From Nitrospina sp. LS_NOB (lineage in GTDB: Bacteria; Nitrospinota; Nitrospinia; Nitrospinales; VA-1), in contig LFLA01000021.1 of assembly GCA_001542995.1 (NCBI GenBank), forward strand, positions 324,875-388,874: a stretch of 64,000 nt of DNA, given 5' to 3'. The translations under genes and the position numbers were made by a program. The notes under the pieces were generated by a model. It made no database searches. It worked only from the letters and a program-made list of their open reading frames with translations, and was not told where the DNA came from. Below, in pieces: positions 1-9,271 of this stretch. Each line of letters opens with the position of its first letter. Position 1 is the stretch's first letter.

Positions 1-1482
1 GCGCAACAGCATTTCCTGCGTGGCGTTGCTGCCCTGCACTCTTTCTGGTACGCCGAAGCGCTTGCTGCGTTCCAGCGGTCTACCAAAGCCGATCCGCAAT
101 TCGCAATGGGTTACTGGGGACAAGCCATGGCCCACAACCATCCACTCTGGGAAGAACAGGATGCCGAATCTGCACAGGCCGCGCTGGCTAAGATCCCAAA
201 AAATGCAAAGCTGACTCAGCGGGAACAAGATTATATTCATGCTGTCCGGCTGCTTTATGGGGACGGTAAAAAACGGAACGTAAAAAAACCCATGCGCGAT
301 AAAGCTTATTCCAAAGCCATGGAAAAAATTTATGGCACCTATTCGGATGACCTGGAAGCCGCCTGTTTTTACAGTCTGTCGCTTTTAGGCCTGGCACGAA
401 ACGCGGAAAATAAATTGCCCTTGCAGGTCGAGTCGGGTGCTATTGCTCTGGAGGTTTTTCAGAGGAGTCCAGATCACCCCTGCGCGGCGCATTACGCCAT
501 CCACGCCCTCGACACTCCGGATCTGGCGCGGCTGGCCTTGCCTTCCGCCAGACGGTTCGCCAAAATCGCTCCGGCATCGGCTCACGCCCAGCACATGCCG
601 GCGCATATTTTTGTGCAGCTTGGCATGTGGCAAGAAGCGGCAACATCCAATAAAAACGGGTGGACCACTTCCGTCGATTGGGTGGAAAGAAAAAACCTGC
701 CGAAAAGCGAACGCGGTTACCACAGCCTGCAATGGCTGCACTACACCACTTTGCAACAGGGACTCTTGCAGGAGTCCGCTGCGGTTTTTGCCATCCAGCA
801 AAAAGATATGCGGGAGGGGATCCCGTCCGAATCCAATTTAAGGGCCGGAAAATATTATCCCCGCATGTTCGCCGCTGCCATTATTGAGACCGAGCAATGG
901 GCAGATCAACTCGCTCCGCCAGAGGGATGGAACCCTAAAAGTTATTCCCGGGCCGAATATAGTTTCGTCCGTGGATTCGCCGCCGCCATGCAGGGGAATC
1001 TTGAAGAAGCCCATAAATATCTCGTGGAGTTAAAAACCATCCGTGAAAAAGGGTTTCGCGAAAACTATTTCAAACGCCCCGAAAGCCTGCAAGTGTGGGA
1101 ACTGGAAATCCGGGTGGCGATTAAACTTCAGCAGAAAGAATACGACACCGCCATCCAACTCGCCAAACAGGCCACGTTGATTGAAGAAAAACTTCCGGCG
1201 CCATCCGGACCGCCGCGCATACTGAAACCCACTTACGAATTACTGGGTGAAGTTTATCTGCAAGCCGGCAAACCGGTTCTGGCGCAAGAGCAATTCGCCA
1301 TCTCCCTGCTTAGGCACCGCAATCGACTCCGTTCTCTGGTGGGGGCGGCTCGCGCCGCCAGAGCAAGTGGTGACAAATCCGCAGCAAAAGAAACCTATGA
1401 ACGGTTGCTCAGCCAGTTAAAAAATGCCGACCCGGGTTTTCCTGAACTTACAGAGGCAAAGGAATATTTGAATGACTTTTGA
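1..1482 (+). CDS. TPR-like helical-repeat protein (5' end outside window)
   Basis: Frame 1 is open from base 1 (AQQHFLRGVAALHSFWYAEALAAF...) into the 106..1482 track ORF. Repeated amphipathic helix pairs (EEAHKYLVELKTIRE, GKPVLAQEQFAISLL, DKSAAKETYERLL). Stop overlaps the next gene's start. Confidence 0.6.
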   Translation, partial: AQQHFLRGVAALHSFWYAEALAAFQRSTKADPQFAMGYWGQAMAHNHPLWEEQDAESAQAALAKIPKNAKLTQREQDYIHAVRLLYGDGKKRNVKKPMRDKAYSKAMEKIYGTYSDDLEAACFYSLSLLGLARNAENKLPLQVESGAIALEVFQRSPDHPCAAHYAIHALDTPDLARLALPSARRFAKIAPASAHAQHMPAHIFVQLGMWQEAATSNKNGWTTSVDWVERKNLPKSERGYHSLQWLHYTTLQQGLLQESAAVFAIQQKDMREGIPSESNLRAGKYYPRMFAAAIIETEQWADQLAPPEGWNPKSYSRAEYSFVRGFAAAMQGNLEEAHKYLVELKTIREKGFRENYFKRPESLQVWELEIRVAIKLQQKEYDTAIQLAKQATLIEEKLPAPSGPPRILKPTYELLGEVYLQAGKPVLAQEQFAISLLRHRNRLRSLVGAARAARASGDKSAAKETYERLLSQLKNADPGFPELTEAKEYLNDF

Positions 1483-2155
1483 TGAGTGGAAACCGTTAGC
1501 GGAACAAGGAGAAGCCGAAGCCCAATATAACCTTGGCTTTTACTACAGTAGAGGCCAGGACGTTGAGCAGGACTTTAAGGAGGCCGTCCGGTGGTATCGG
1601 CAGGCGGCGGAACAGGGATTCGCCGAGGCTCAAACCAACCTGGGGCTGATGTATGGGAAAGGCGCAGGCATCGAACAGAATTTTAGCGAAGCGGTTAAAT
1701 GGTACAGGCTCGCTGCCGATCAAGGATTAGCCCAGGCCCAGCACAATCTTGGAGTCTTGCATGCAAGAGGCCAGGGAGTTGTGCGGGATTATATGGAAGC
1801 GATCAAATGGTTCAAGCTATCGGCCGATCAGGGGTATGGTCAGGCCCAATACAATCTTGGGTTGATGCATATGAGGGGCGAGGGAGTCCCTCTGAATGAT
1901 AAAGAAGCGGTCAAATGGTATAGGCTTTCAGCCGAGCAGAGGATTAGCGGTGCCCAGTCCAACCTTGGCCTGATGTATGAAAAAGGCCAGGGGGTTGATC
2001 AGGATTATGTAGAAGCTCACAAGTGGTTCAACATTGCCGGGGTGAATGGCAATGAAGTGGGAAGCAGAAATGCGGACATTATAGAAAAGAAAATGACCCC
2101 GGGGCAGATCATCACTGCGGTGGGGCTCGCCAGAGAGTGGCTGGAGAAGCTTTAA
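1472..2155 (+). CDS. Sel1-like repeat (SLR) protein
   Basis: Six or more tandem about 36-aa units of the form AEAQxNLGxMYxxGxGVxQDxxEAVKWYRxAAEQG. ATG overlaps the upstream stop by 11 nt. Confidence 0.85.
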   Translation: MTFDEWKPLAEQGEAEAQYNLGFYYSRGQDVEQDFKEAVRWYRQAAEQGFAEAQTNLGLMYGKGAGIEQNFSEAVKWYRLAADQGLAQAQHNLGVLHARGQGVVRDYMEAIKWFKLSADQGYGQAQYNLGLMHMRGEGVPLNDKEAVKWYRLSAEQRISGAQSNLGLMYEKGQGVDQDYVEAHKWFNIAGVNGNEVGSRNADIIEKKMTPGQIITAVGLAREWLEKL

Positions 2156-2199
2156 AGAGGCTAGCAGGTCCCACCCGCGTCGCCCCTGCGAGCAGGCCC

Positions 2200-2761
2200 T
2201 TATGCCAATACGACCAGAATATCGCAGTACTGGTCTCGGATATCCTGTTCAAACTTCTCAACCGGCAATTCATTGAATCCCAGTTTTTGCAAGTACTCAG
2301 ACTTAACAGGGTTTGCAGCAGCTTCCCCGCTGGTCCCCCAGTTTCAACTCATCCACAATACTGTCAGCCACATGGACAATTTGGGTTATAAGGGGAAAAT
2401 CCTTTGCTTGTTCAGGCCGGTGATGAAAAAACACAGGTTCACAGAGACTCATGGGAAGCCCCCAGCCTTTAAGTAACTGGCTCCCAAAAAGAATCCATTG
2501 TGACACCAAGTGCTTGGGAATATCAGTGAATTGGTCCATAACGGATGTCGCCAGTACCAATTCCGTCAATGACTCCGTTCCAACTATTGCAAGAGTATGG
2601 GTGATTGTCTCGATTTCGGTTTCGAAGGAGTAGAATAGACTGTTTACAATTGCCAGGGATGTGGTTTTAATTTTGAGGGAAGTTATGGGGAAATGGGCAA
2701 AGACTTTATCGGAGCTCACCATCTGGTGCCCATTTCTTTGTTCAAGGGCCAAGTGGTGCAA
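2200..2761 (-). pseudogene. HDOD-domain gene remnant (N-terminally truncated, apparent frameshift)
   Basis: ORF 2303..2761 contains HDOD-like sequence (LAIVNSLFYSFE..TITHTLAIVGTESLTELVLATSV ... GWGLPMSLCEPVFFHHRPEQAKDFPLITQIVHVADSIVDEL). After G-runs near 2325-2345 the sensible reading continues in another frame (AAANPVKSEYLQKLGFNELPVEKFEQDIRDQYCDILVVLA*, stop 2200-2202). The 5' part is antisense to the HNH fragment. Confidence 0.45.
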
Positions 2762-2890
2762 CTAGACCCGAAGCTGGATTTTGTCGGCTTATGCTCCAAC
2801 TGCCATCAGATGATTCATCGCACCGAAAATCCCGATGATGTGAAAGCCTTCCAGAGCATCATCAAATCGGCGGAGAACCTCCGCAGGTAA
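2639..2890 (+). pseudogene. HNH (McrA-like) nuclease C-terminal fragment
   Basis: Frame opens right after TAG 2636-2638: TVYNCQGCGFNFEGSYGEMGKDFIGAHHLVPIS...LCSNCHQMIHR (CxxC..HH..CxxCH). No N-terminal domain and no RBS; the only ATG (2693) lies inside the domain. Confidence 0.5.
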
Positions 2891-3073
2891 TAGCAATATC
2901 TTTATCATGCGCTCATCAGCCTCTCGGCTTGATGGGCTATTACTCATTGGCCCCACGCTTGCGGGCGGAGAACACTCGCAGATAACAGGCCACAACTTCC
3001 AGAGACTCGTCATGCCCTCAATAATTGCCCCCCCTCGTTCGATTGTGCTGGCTGAATCTAAGTCTATCTGTGT

Positions 3074-4084
3074 CTAATCCCTGTAAGCGACTCCATGGGT
3101 TTCACCATCGGTATCGACTTTCATCGTGAGGCTGAGGTCACTGGCGGAGACGATGGCCAGTTTATTTTCATCGCGAATGGCGACGTAGAGTGTTTTCCCA
3201 TCTGAGCTAATGGCTATCATATCCGGACGTTGGCCCAGTGACGTGGTTTTTGTGATCTTGCGACTGGCTGTGTCGATCATGGCAATCTGGCCCAGTTTTC
3301 GTTGCCCAACGTAGACGGTTTTCCCGTCCGGACTGTGGACCAGCCCATGCGGTTCCCCCGGCACATCGATGGAAGCTTCTAACGCGCCAGTGCGTGAGTT
3401 CAACAATAATAATTTATTATCCGCCGGAGCGGTGAGCCAGAACTGCCCCCAGTTTTTAGTCGGTTTGATGGCCATAGCACCTTTGGCACCTTGCCGGGTT
3501 CCGGTGACTTTTTTGGATTTTACATCTACCACCGAAATATTCCCCGCCCCGGCGTTGACCACATACAACGTGTTTCCATCGGGAGAAAATACAGCAGTGA
3601 TGGCTTTCTTATCCGTCGCCATGGTGTGAACGGCTTTCTTTGAGGCAACATCGATGAAGGTAATGTTGCCCGCCCCCACGTTGCAGGAGACGGCAATCTT
3701 GCCATCGGGGGAAACGGCGACATCGTGGGCTTTGGTGTCTGTCACGATATCGGCCAAAATCTCTTTCGACATTGCGTCTATGACAGTGATGCTGTTGGTA
3801 CCCAGGTTAGCGATGTAGGCCAGCTTGCCATCCGGACTGAAGGTAACATTATGTGCCCCGGCACCCGTGGCTATAGTCTTGACGACTTTGTTGGAACTGG
3901 TATCTATGATCTGAACATTAGCGCCTTTCATATTGGCGACCCACACTTCACCCGCCATGCTCGGCACCGCTACCGAAAGGAACATAACCGTAAAAATGGC
4001 AACCCCTAACCACGACTGCCGTCTTTGCTGAAACGTGCTTTTAAATTTCCTGCCGATGGGATGGATCTTTTTATCTCCGCACAT
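3074..4084 (-). CDS. secreted YVTN-type beta-propeller repeat protein
   Basis: N-terminal hydrophobic signal (LGVAIFTVMFLSVAVPSMA). Repeated about 40-aa units (AHNVTFSPDGKLAYIANLGTNSITVID, AHDVAVSPDGKIAVSCNVGAGNITFID, ...). GGAGG 5 nt upstream of the ATG. Confidence 0.8.
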   Translation of the reverse strand: MCGDKKIHPIGRKFKSTFQQRRQSWLGVAIFTVMFLSVAVPSMAGEVWVANMKGANVQIIDTSSNKVVKTIATGAGAHNVTFSPDGKLAYIANLGTNSITVIDAMSKEILADIVTDTKAHDVAVSPDGKIAVSCNVGAGNITFIDVASKKAVHTMATDKKAITAVFSPDGNTLYVVNAGAGNISVVDVKSKKVTGTRQGAKGAMAIKPTKNWGQFWLTAPADNKLLLLNSRTGALEASIDVPGEPHGLVHSPDGKTVYVGQRKLGQIAMIDTASRKITKTTSLGQRPDMIAISSDGKTLYVAIRDENKLAIVSASDLSLTMKVDTDGETHGVAYRD

Positions 4085-4340
4085 ATTTGCCTCCAGAGAA
4101 AATAGATGGTGGATGAATTGCGTAACGTTTCTGCCGCACTTTAAACCATATTGAACACTTTAATAGTTAGAGTTGCAAGGCAAGGAATAGGATTCAAACT
4201 CTCTGATAAAGATAGGGGGTATAAGCGTACCCTTATTGAATTTATTGGAGAAAAAGGTTCTTCATGGCTCAAACCGTGTGGGTGGCTTGACGGGCAATTA
4301 CCCACTACCACAGCCACTTTGGCCGTCGGCGACTTGTCGG

Positions 4341-5033
4341 CTAGTGCGTGTTCAGATTCTGGCCGCCTCTTAATTTGTTGAGGACAGCGGTCATATGGTC
4401 GTAACCCATCTGGTTTTCGAGGGCGGAGAAGGTATCGCGGGCGCGTGTATACCAAAGGATGGCTTCGGGAATATTTTCTTCTTTCTTCCAGTAGATGCGC
4501 CCCATATTCTCGAACAGGACCGCCTGAATCTGATGCGGGGGAACATCTTGCACCAGTTCCACGCCTTTTTTATACCAGTCCCCTGCTGGAGCATGCTCGC
4601 CGCGCTCCATGAACAAGTCGCCGACGCGGTTCATGGCCCGGGCCTCACCCAATGGATTTTTGATTTTGTGGTGATAGTTCATGGCGAGGATGTATTGTGC
4701 CTCGGCTTCCTGAATTCTTGTGCGAAACTTATACAGGTCGCCTAAGGACTCATAAATCTTCGCGGCTTTTTTCAGTCGGTTTTCTTTTTCATAGGCGGTG
4801 ATGGCCTTGCCATAGTTCTCGATGGCGTGGTCAAACTCGTGGTAGAAAAAATCTTCCGATGCCTGTTGCAGGTACCGCCCGGCCTCGTCTTTGGCATCTA
4901 TCGGAGTGGTGATGGACGCGGACTCATCTCTTTGCTTTTTCCCATGCGGCAGGAGCCAAACGGCAAACCCCATTGCCAACGTCACCACAATAATGAGGAA
5001 ATATTTCAGCGCTGGTTTGAGGAAAGAGTCCAT
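4341..5033 (-). CDS. membrane-anchored TPR-repeat protein
   Basis: N-terminal TM helix (YFLIIVVTLAMGFAVWLL), then TPR-like helices (AIENYGKAITAYEKENRLKKAAKIYESLGDLY...). Stop TAG lies in a CTAG. Confidence 0.6.
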   Translation of the reverse strand: MDSFLKPALKYFLIIVVTLAMGFAVWLLPHGKKQRDESASITTPIDAKDEAGRYLQQASEDFFYHEFDHAIENYGKAITAYEKENRLKKAAKIYESLGDLYKFRTRIQEAEAQYILAMNYHHKIKNPLGEARAMNRVGDLFMERGEHAPAGDWYKKGVELVQDVPPHQIQAVLFENMGRIYWKKEENIPEAILWYTRARDTFSALENQMGYDHMTAVLNKLRGGQNLNTH

Positions 5034-5111
5034 TAAAGATACCTGATGATAATGAGGAAGCAGATTTCATCAGGCTAACATGAAATAGGGCCATCCACTA
5101 GGCGTGCGGCT

Positions 5112-5150
5112 GTGATGTCCCCTTCAATAACTTTCATGCCCTGTAAGGGT
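5112..5150. repeat. R1 hairpin repeat unit (GTGATnTCCCCTnAnTAACTTTCATGCCCnnnAGGG)
   Basis: gtgatgtccccttcaataactttcatgccctgtaagggt. Same unit seen at 8131, 19441, 20662, 20746, 24157, 32384 and 54110 in either orientation. Confidence 0.7.
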
Positions 5151-5515
5151 ACAATGAGCAATGGCTTGGAGCTGATATTTAGTTGAAAAATATGGGGAAA
5201 TCTCATCACAACCGCTTTAAAACACAAGGAAAATATTGGTAATACGATATCCCCAGGGGGTTAACAGGCGATTTATCAGTGTTTTACATACATTTTTTTA
5301 TTGTTTTTTTGGACTACTTTAGCGATCTATTTTGGCTATTGGAGATTGCACCGGTTGAGTATAGAATACATCCGCCTTTCATCCGGAGTGTTGTTCCGCG
5401 CAATGCCTGGAAACCTCCAGCTTATTTGGAGGGTCATCGCAACCAAAACAATCGACTCGCTTTCCTGAAAAATGTCCCGTCCCGAGATAAACTTCATCAG
5501 AGGGGAATTAAATTC

Positions 5516-8017
5516 GTGTTGAGTTTATTTGCCAACGTCTACAGGAAATGGGTGATTGAAAAACCCCTCGCCAGCCTGATATTGGTTTTGCTGATTGTGG
5601 GTTATTTTTCTTATCATATCCCAAACTTCAAGCTTGATGCCTCCGCTGAATCCCTGGTGCTGGAAAACGATGACTCCCTGCAATATTACCGGAAGATCAG
5701 CAAATCTTACGGCTCTGATGATTTCCTAATCATCACTTATGCTCCGTTCAAGGATTTGATGTCCGATGCAGTACTGGCAGATTTAAAATCGCTAAGCGAT
5801 GAGCTTGCCAAACTGGACCGGGTTCACTCTACAGACAGCATCCTCAACGTTCCCCTTCTGAACAGCCCGCGTGTTGAAATATCCAAACTGGCTACCGATA
5901 TCCGCACTTTGGAAACTGCCGGTGTAGACCGGGAAATGGCCCGCAAAGAATTTCTCGAAAGTCCTATTTATAAAAGTCTGTTGTTGAGTTCGGATGGAAA
6001 GATCACGATCATCCGTGTCAATTTCGAACGCGACGAAAAATACTTTTCCCTGATGTATCGGCGCAATGACCTGCGCGACAAAAAAAAGGAGTTTGGCCTC
6101 GACGAAAAAGAAGAGGCGCTATTTGTCAAAGCCCGTCAAGAGTTCCGCGATTATCACGCCCAGGTGCTGGACAGTGAAGACCGGCTCATAAGATCCGTTC
6201 GGGACATCATGGACAGGCACCGCGATCAGGCAGAGATGTTTCTTGGCGGGATCCCTATGATCACTACGGATATGATCGGCTTCATCGAACACGATCTGAA
6301 AACTTTCGGTCTGGGTGTCATAGCCTTCCTTATCCTGATGCTCAGCCTGTTTTTTAAGAAAAAACGATGGGTTGTATTGCCTATGAGTTGTTGCGTCATC
6401 ACCGTCCTGGTGATGGTGGGCTTTTTAGGATTAATGGATTGGCGGGTGACGGTGATCTCATCTAATTTCGTTTCGATTCTGCTTATCATCACCATGTCCC
6501 TGACCGTACACTTGATCGTGAGGTATCAGGGTTTAAACGATAACAACCCGGGCCAAAGCCAGAAGGAGCTGGTCTGGCAGACGGTCTGCCTCATGGCTCA
6601 GCCCTGTTTTTATACTGCCATCACCACAATCGTCGCTTTTAGTTCCCTCCTGGTGAGCGGCATTCGCCCGGTGATCGATTTCGGCTGGATCATGACCAGC
6701 GGAATTTCCCTGGCCTTTATCTTAATTTTTATATTTTTTCCGGCGGCGCTGGTTCTTTTAAATCCCGAGGCTCCCGGGTCCGGCAAGGACAGAACAAAAA
6801 GTTTCACTCTGTCCATTGCGGCATTTTCAAATCGCAACCGCAATGCAATTCTTTTTGGATCGTTGTTACTGGCAATGGTTAGCGCTATCGGGATTTCCAA
6901 ACTGGAAGTGGAAAACCGTTTCATCGATCACTTCAAAAGCAACACTGAAATCTATCGGGGAATGGAAGTGATCGACCAGCAGTTGGGAGGCACCACGCCG
7001 CTCGATATTATTATGAATCCGGACCAGAAGTATTTTGATTATCTCAAAGAAGCCAATGAGAAGAATATCGAAGAAGACATTTTTGATGATGATCCCTTCG
7101 CTGAGGAATCGGAAGAAGTGGAAAACAATTATTGGTTCAATTCCAATATGCTCGACCGGGTAGAAAAAATACATGACTACCTGGAAGGCCTGCCGGAGGT
7201 GGGCAAAGTCCAGTCCATATCCACCCTGATAAAGGTCTTCACCCAACTGGATAAAGGTCGAAAACCGGACGATTATGATCTGGCACTCATCCGCAAACTC
7301 ATGCCCGAGAAGGTCAAGGATTCCCTGGTCAACCCTTACCTGTCTCCAGATGCAAACCAGATTCATATCAATATAAGGTTGATCGAATCTAACCCCACCC
7401 TGAGACGCTCTCAACTGATAGAAAAAATCCGCTCCCATCTTGTTGAAGAATTAAAGTTCGATCCCAAGACCATCCATTTCACAGGAATGGTAGTGCTTTA
7501 TAACAATATGCTGCAGAGCCTGTATCGGTCACAGATTCTCACCATCGGCGTGGTTTTTTTCGCCATCATGTTCATGTTCATGATTTTGTTCAGAAGTGTG
7601 TCGTTGGCGTTGATCGGCATCGTTCCCAACCTTCTTGCCGCGGGAACGGTATTGAGCCTTATGGGCTGGCTGGGCATTCCCCTGGACATGATGACGATTA
7701 CTATCGCGGCCATCACGTTAGGAATAGCAGTAGACAATACTATCCATTACATCCACCGGTTTCAAAGGGAATTTAAGGTTGACCAGAATTATCTATCCGC
7801 GATGGACCGGTGCCACGGGAGCATTGGCAAAGCCATGTACTACACATCCGTGACCATTACCCTTGGTTTTTCTATCCTGGCGCTTTCGGAATTCATGCCG
7901 ACTATCTATTTCGGCCTGCTGACCGGCGCAGCAATGGTGATTGCCCTGATCGGCGCTCTCACCCTGCTGCCACTTTTGATTGTTGTCTTCCGCCCCCTTA
8001 GCAGGGGAGGCAACTAG
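5516..8017 (+). CDS. RND-superfamily (MMPL/HpnN-like) exporter
   Basis: Two 6-TM bundles separated by large soluble loops, typical of MMPL/SSD exporters (LDASAESLVLENDDSLQYY, GLGVIAFLILMLSLFF..., second half GIVPNLLAAGTVLSLMGWLGIPLDMMT). GTG 5516 preceded by AGAGGGGA is preferred over the track start 5279, whose first 79 codons look non-coding. Confidence 0.85.
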   Translation: MLSLFANVYRKWVIEKPLASLILVLLIVGYFSYHIPNFKLDASAESLVLENDDSLQYYRKISKSYGSDDFLIITYAPFKDLMSDAVLADLKSLSDELAKLDRVHSTDSILNVPLLNSPRVEISKLATDIRTLETAGVDREMARKEFLESPIYKSLLLSSDGKITIIRVNFERDEKYFSLMYRRNDLRDKKKEFGLDEKEEALFVKARQEFRDYHAQVLDSEDRLIRSVRDIMDRHRDQAEMFLGGIPMITTDMIGFIEHDLKTFGLGVIAFLILMLSLFFKKKRWVVLPMSCCVITVLVMVGFLGLMDWRVTVISSNFVSILLIITMSLTVHLIVRYQGLNDNNPGQSQKELVWQTVCLMAQPCFYTAITTIVAFSSLLVSGIRPVIDFGWIMTSGISLAFILIFIFFPAALVLLNPEAPGSGKDRTKSFTLSIAAFSNRNRNAILFGSLLLAMVSAIGISKLEVENRFIDHFKSNTEIYRGMEVIDQQLGGTTPLDIIMNPDQKYFDYLKEANEKNIEEDIFDDDPFAEESEEVENNYWFNSNMLDRVEKIHDYLEGLPEVGKVQSISTLIKVFTQLDKGRKPDDYDLALIRKLMPEKVKDSLVNPYLSPDANQIHINIRLIESNPTLRRSQLIEKIRSHLVEELKFDPKTIHFTGMVVLYNNMLQSLYRSQILTIGVVFFAIMFMFMILFRSVSLALIGIVPNLLAAGTVLSLMGWLGIPLDMMTITIAAITLGIAVDNTIHYIHRFQREFKVDQNYLSAMDRCHGSIGKAMYYTSVTITLGFSILALSEFMPTIYFGLLTGAAMVIALIGALTLLPLLIVVFRPLSRGGN

Positions 8018-8300
8018 CGATACCCTATCTGCTAGCCAATGACGCACCTCCTTAAGCCGAGACCACTCTTTGCTAGCGGTAAAGAACTATTGCGTTATGT
8101 ACCCATCCGGGGCACGAGAGCTTTGGAAGTACCCGTACCGGGCATGAAAGCTAATGAAGAGGACATCACAAATATCACGGCCGCTCAGCATGACAATCCA
8201 AACCCCCCTCAGTCCCCCCTTATCATGGGGGAGGCTTTTTTCACCGAGTCCAGCGTCACACGCTGGCCACGCGGAGTGGGCGGGAGACGAAACGGAAGGG
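8014..8300. repeat. intergenic cluster of modular repeats (R5, R1 x2, GCTCAGCATGACA module, C/G hairpin + T-run, R6 hairpin)
   Basis: CTAG at 8014, 8032 and 8073 delimits modules. R5 copy 8050..8076, R1-type units 8101..8169. Hairpin cccccc-ttatcat-ggggg followed by ggcttttt (8214..8241). R6 hairpin gtccagcgtcacacgctgg 8248..8266. Confidence 0.7.
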
Positions 8301-9257
8301 AAGCACCTGGTCTCCCCTTGAGGTGAGTGCTTCTATTATGGATTGTTTTTTAGCTGGCGGCACGATGAAGGCTATACACCCGCCGCCGCCCGCACCGCAT
8401 ACTTTGCCCGCCAACGCTCCCTTTTTCAGGGCAAATCGAATCAACCGGTCCATCTCGGGAGTGCTGATGTTGGGGGCCAACTGTTTTCGGGCTTTCCATT
8501 CTTTCGCAAAAATCGGCGCCAGACTTTTAAGTTGTCCCCGGCTCAATACCCGTTCCATTTCCACAGCACAATCGCGAATGGATTTCAGGTGACGGATCAC
8601 TGCCCGGTTTCCATCCACCGCTTTTTTTGTGACCTCCCAATTATTGATCCCCGAGTTTCGCGGTTTGCCGGTATAACACAGCACAAAATGCCGGGTCAGT
8701 TCAGCAGGGCTGATGGCAAACTTTTCGGTCTCGGTGCCTTGGACTCCGGGAACAACTTTTCGCACCCCTCCATACATTGCCGGAAAATAATCCTGGTATC
8801 CTGCGGGAACCTTAATGACCTGGGTTTCGATATTTTTGGCGATTTCAATCATCTCGGCCTTACGGTAACGTCGACCGGTAAAACGGTTGAGCGCCCCGTG
8901 CAGAGCAATGTTCAAAGCTGAAGAACCACCAATGCCCGAGCCCTGCGGAGCCTGACAGTCTGTCGATATTTCCAGTCCCGACTTTGGCGCGTAGAACTTC
9001 AACGTGCGCACAATAAGTTCCAAAGGGTGATTATCAGGAAGCGCATCCAGCGAGGAAAAGTTGTCGCTCAAACCCAAGTCGCGTGAGTTCAGGAAAATCC
9101 GTTTGTCTTTTCGGGGAATGATTTCAACCGTGGCATAAAGGTCGATCGCCGCGTTGAGGGTGGGGGGATTATCAAAAAGCAGGTGCAAAGGCCAGATATC
9201 CAGCGTGCCCCCGGCCAGATCAATGCGGGTGGGGGCAGAGCTTTTAATGTGGAGCAC
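8256..9257 (-). CDS. GHMP-family sugar/small-molecule kinase
   Basis: N-terminal APTRIDLAGGTLDIWPL and the GHMP ATP motif PQGSGIGGSSALNIA. GTG start 14 nt after the mlaC stop. Last about 8 codons and the stop lie inside a repeat hairpin. Confidence 0.8.
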   Translation of the reverse strand: MLHIKSSAPTRIDLAGGTLDIWPLHLLFDNPPTLNAAIDLYATVEIIPRKDKRIFLNSRDLGLSDNFSSLDALPDNHPLELIVRTLKFYAPKSGLEISTDCQAPQGSGIGGSSALNIALHGALNRFTGRRYRKAEMIEIAKNIETQVIKVPAGYQDYFPAMYGGVRKVVPGVQGTETEKFAISPAELTRHFVLCYTGKPRNSGINNWEVTKKAVDGNRAVIRHLKSIRDCAVEMERVLSRGQLKSLAPIFAKEWKARKQLAPNISTPEMDRLIRFALKKGALAGKVCGAGGGGCIAFIVPPAKKQSIIEALTSRGDQVLPFRFVSRPLRVASV

Positions 9258-9271
9258 CTGATCCAGGTCTC

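Noticed and set aside
5279-5515. N-terminal 79-codon extension of the RND exporter ORF. Similar extensions at 9902..9985 for mlaC, 15413..15532 for the aminotransferase, 43431..43520 for GDPD and 10034..10228 for the lipoprotein
   Set aside because: The extensions lack homology-like sequence and overlap promoters, repeats or neighbouring genes. Internal starts carry better RBS and produce canonical signal peptides or N-termini.
8214-8241. Rho-independent terminator (cccccc-ttatcat-ggggg + ggcttttt) for the RND gene
   Set aside because: It lies 200 nt past the stop, inside the repeat cluster. The same hairpin + ggcttttt module occurs immediately in front of the GDPD start codon (43479..43520). 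It is therefore a repeat module whose terminator function is unproven.
8039-8326. 95-aa ORF in the RND/GHMP intergenic region. Similar ORFs at 17291..17686, 25543..25945, 32311..32586 and 20472..20729
   Set aside because: All are translations of the dispersed repeat modules, which recur in both orientations and different frames. No RBS and no coding periodicity are apparent.
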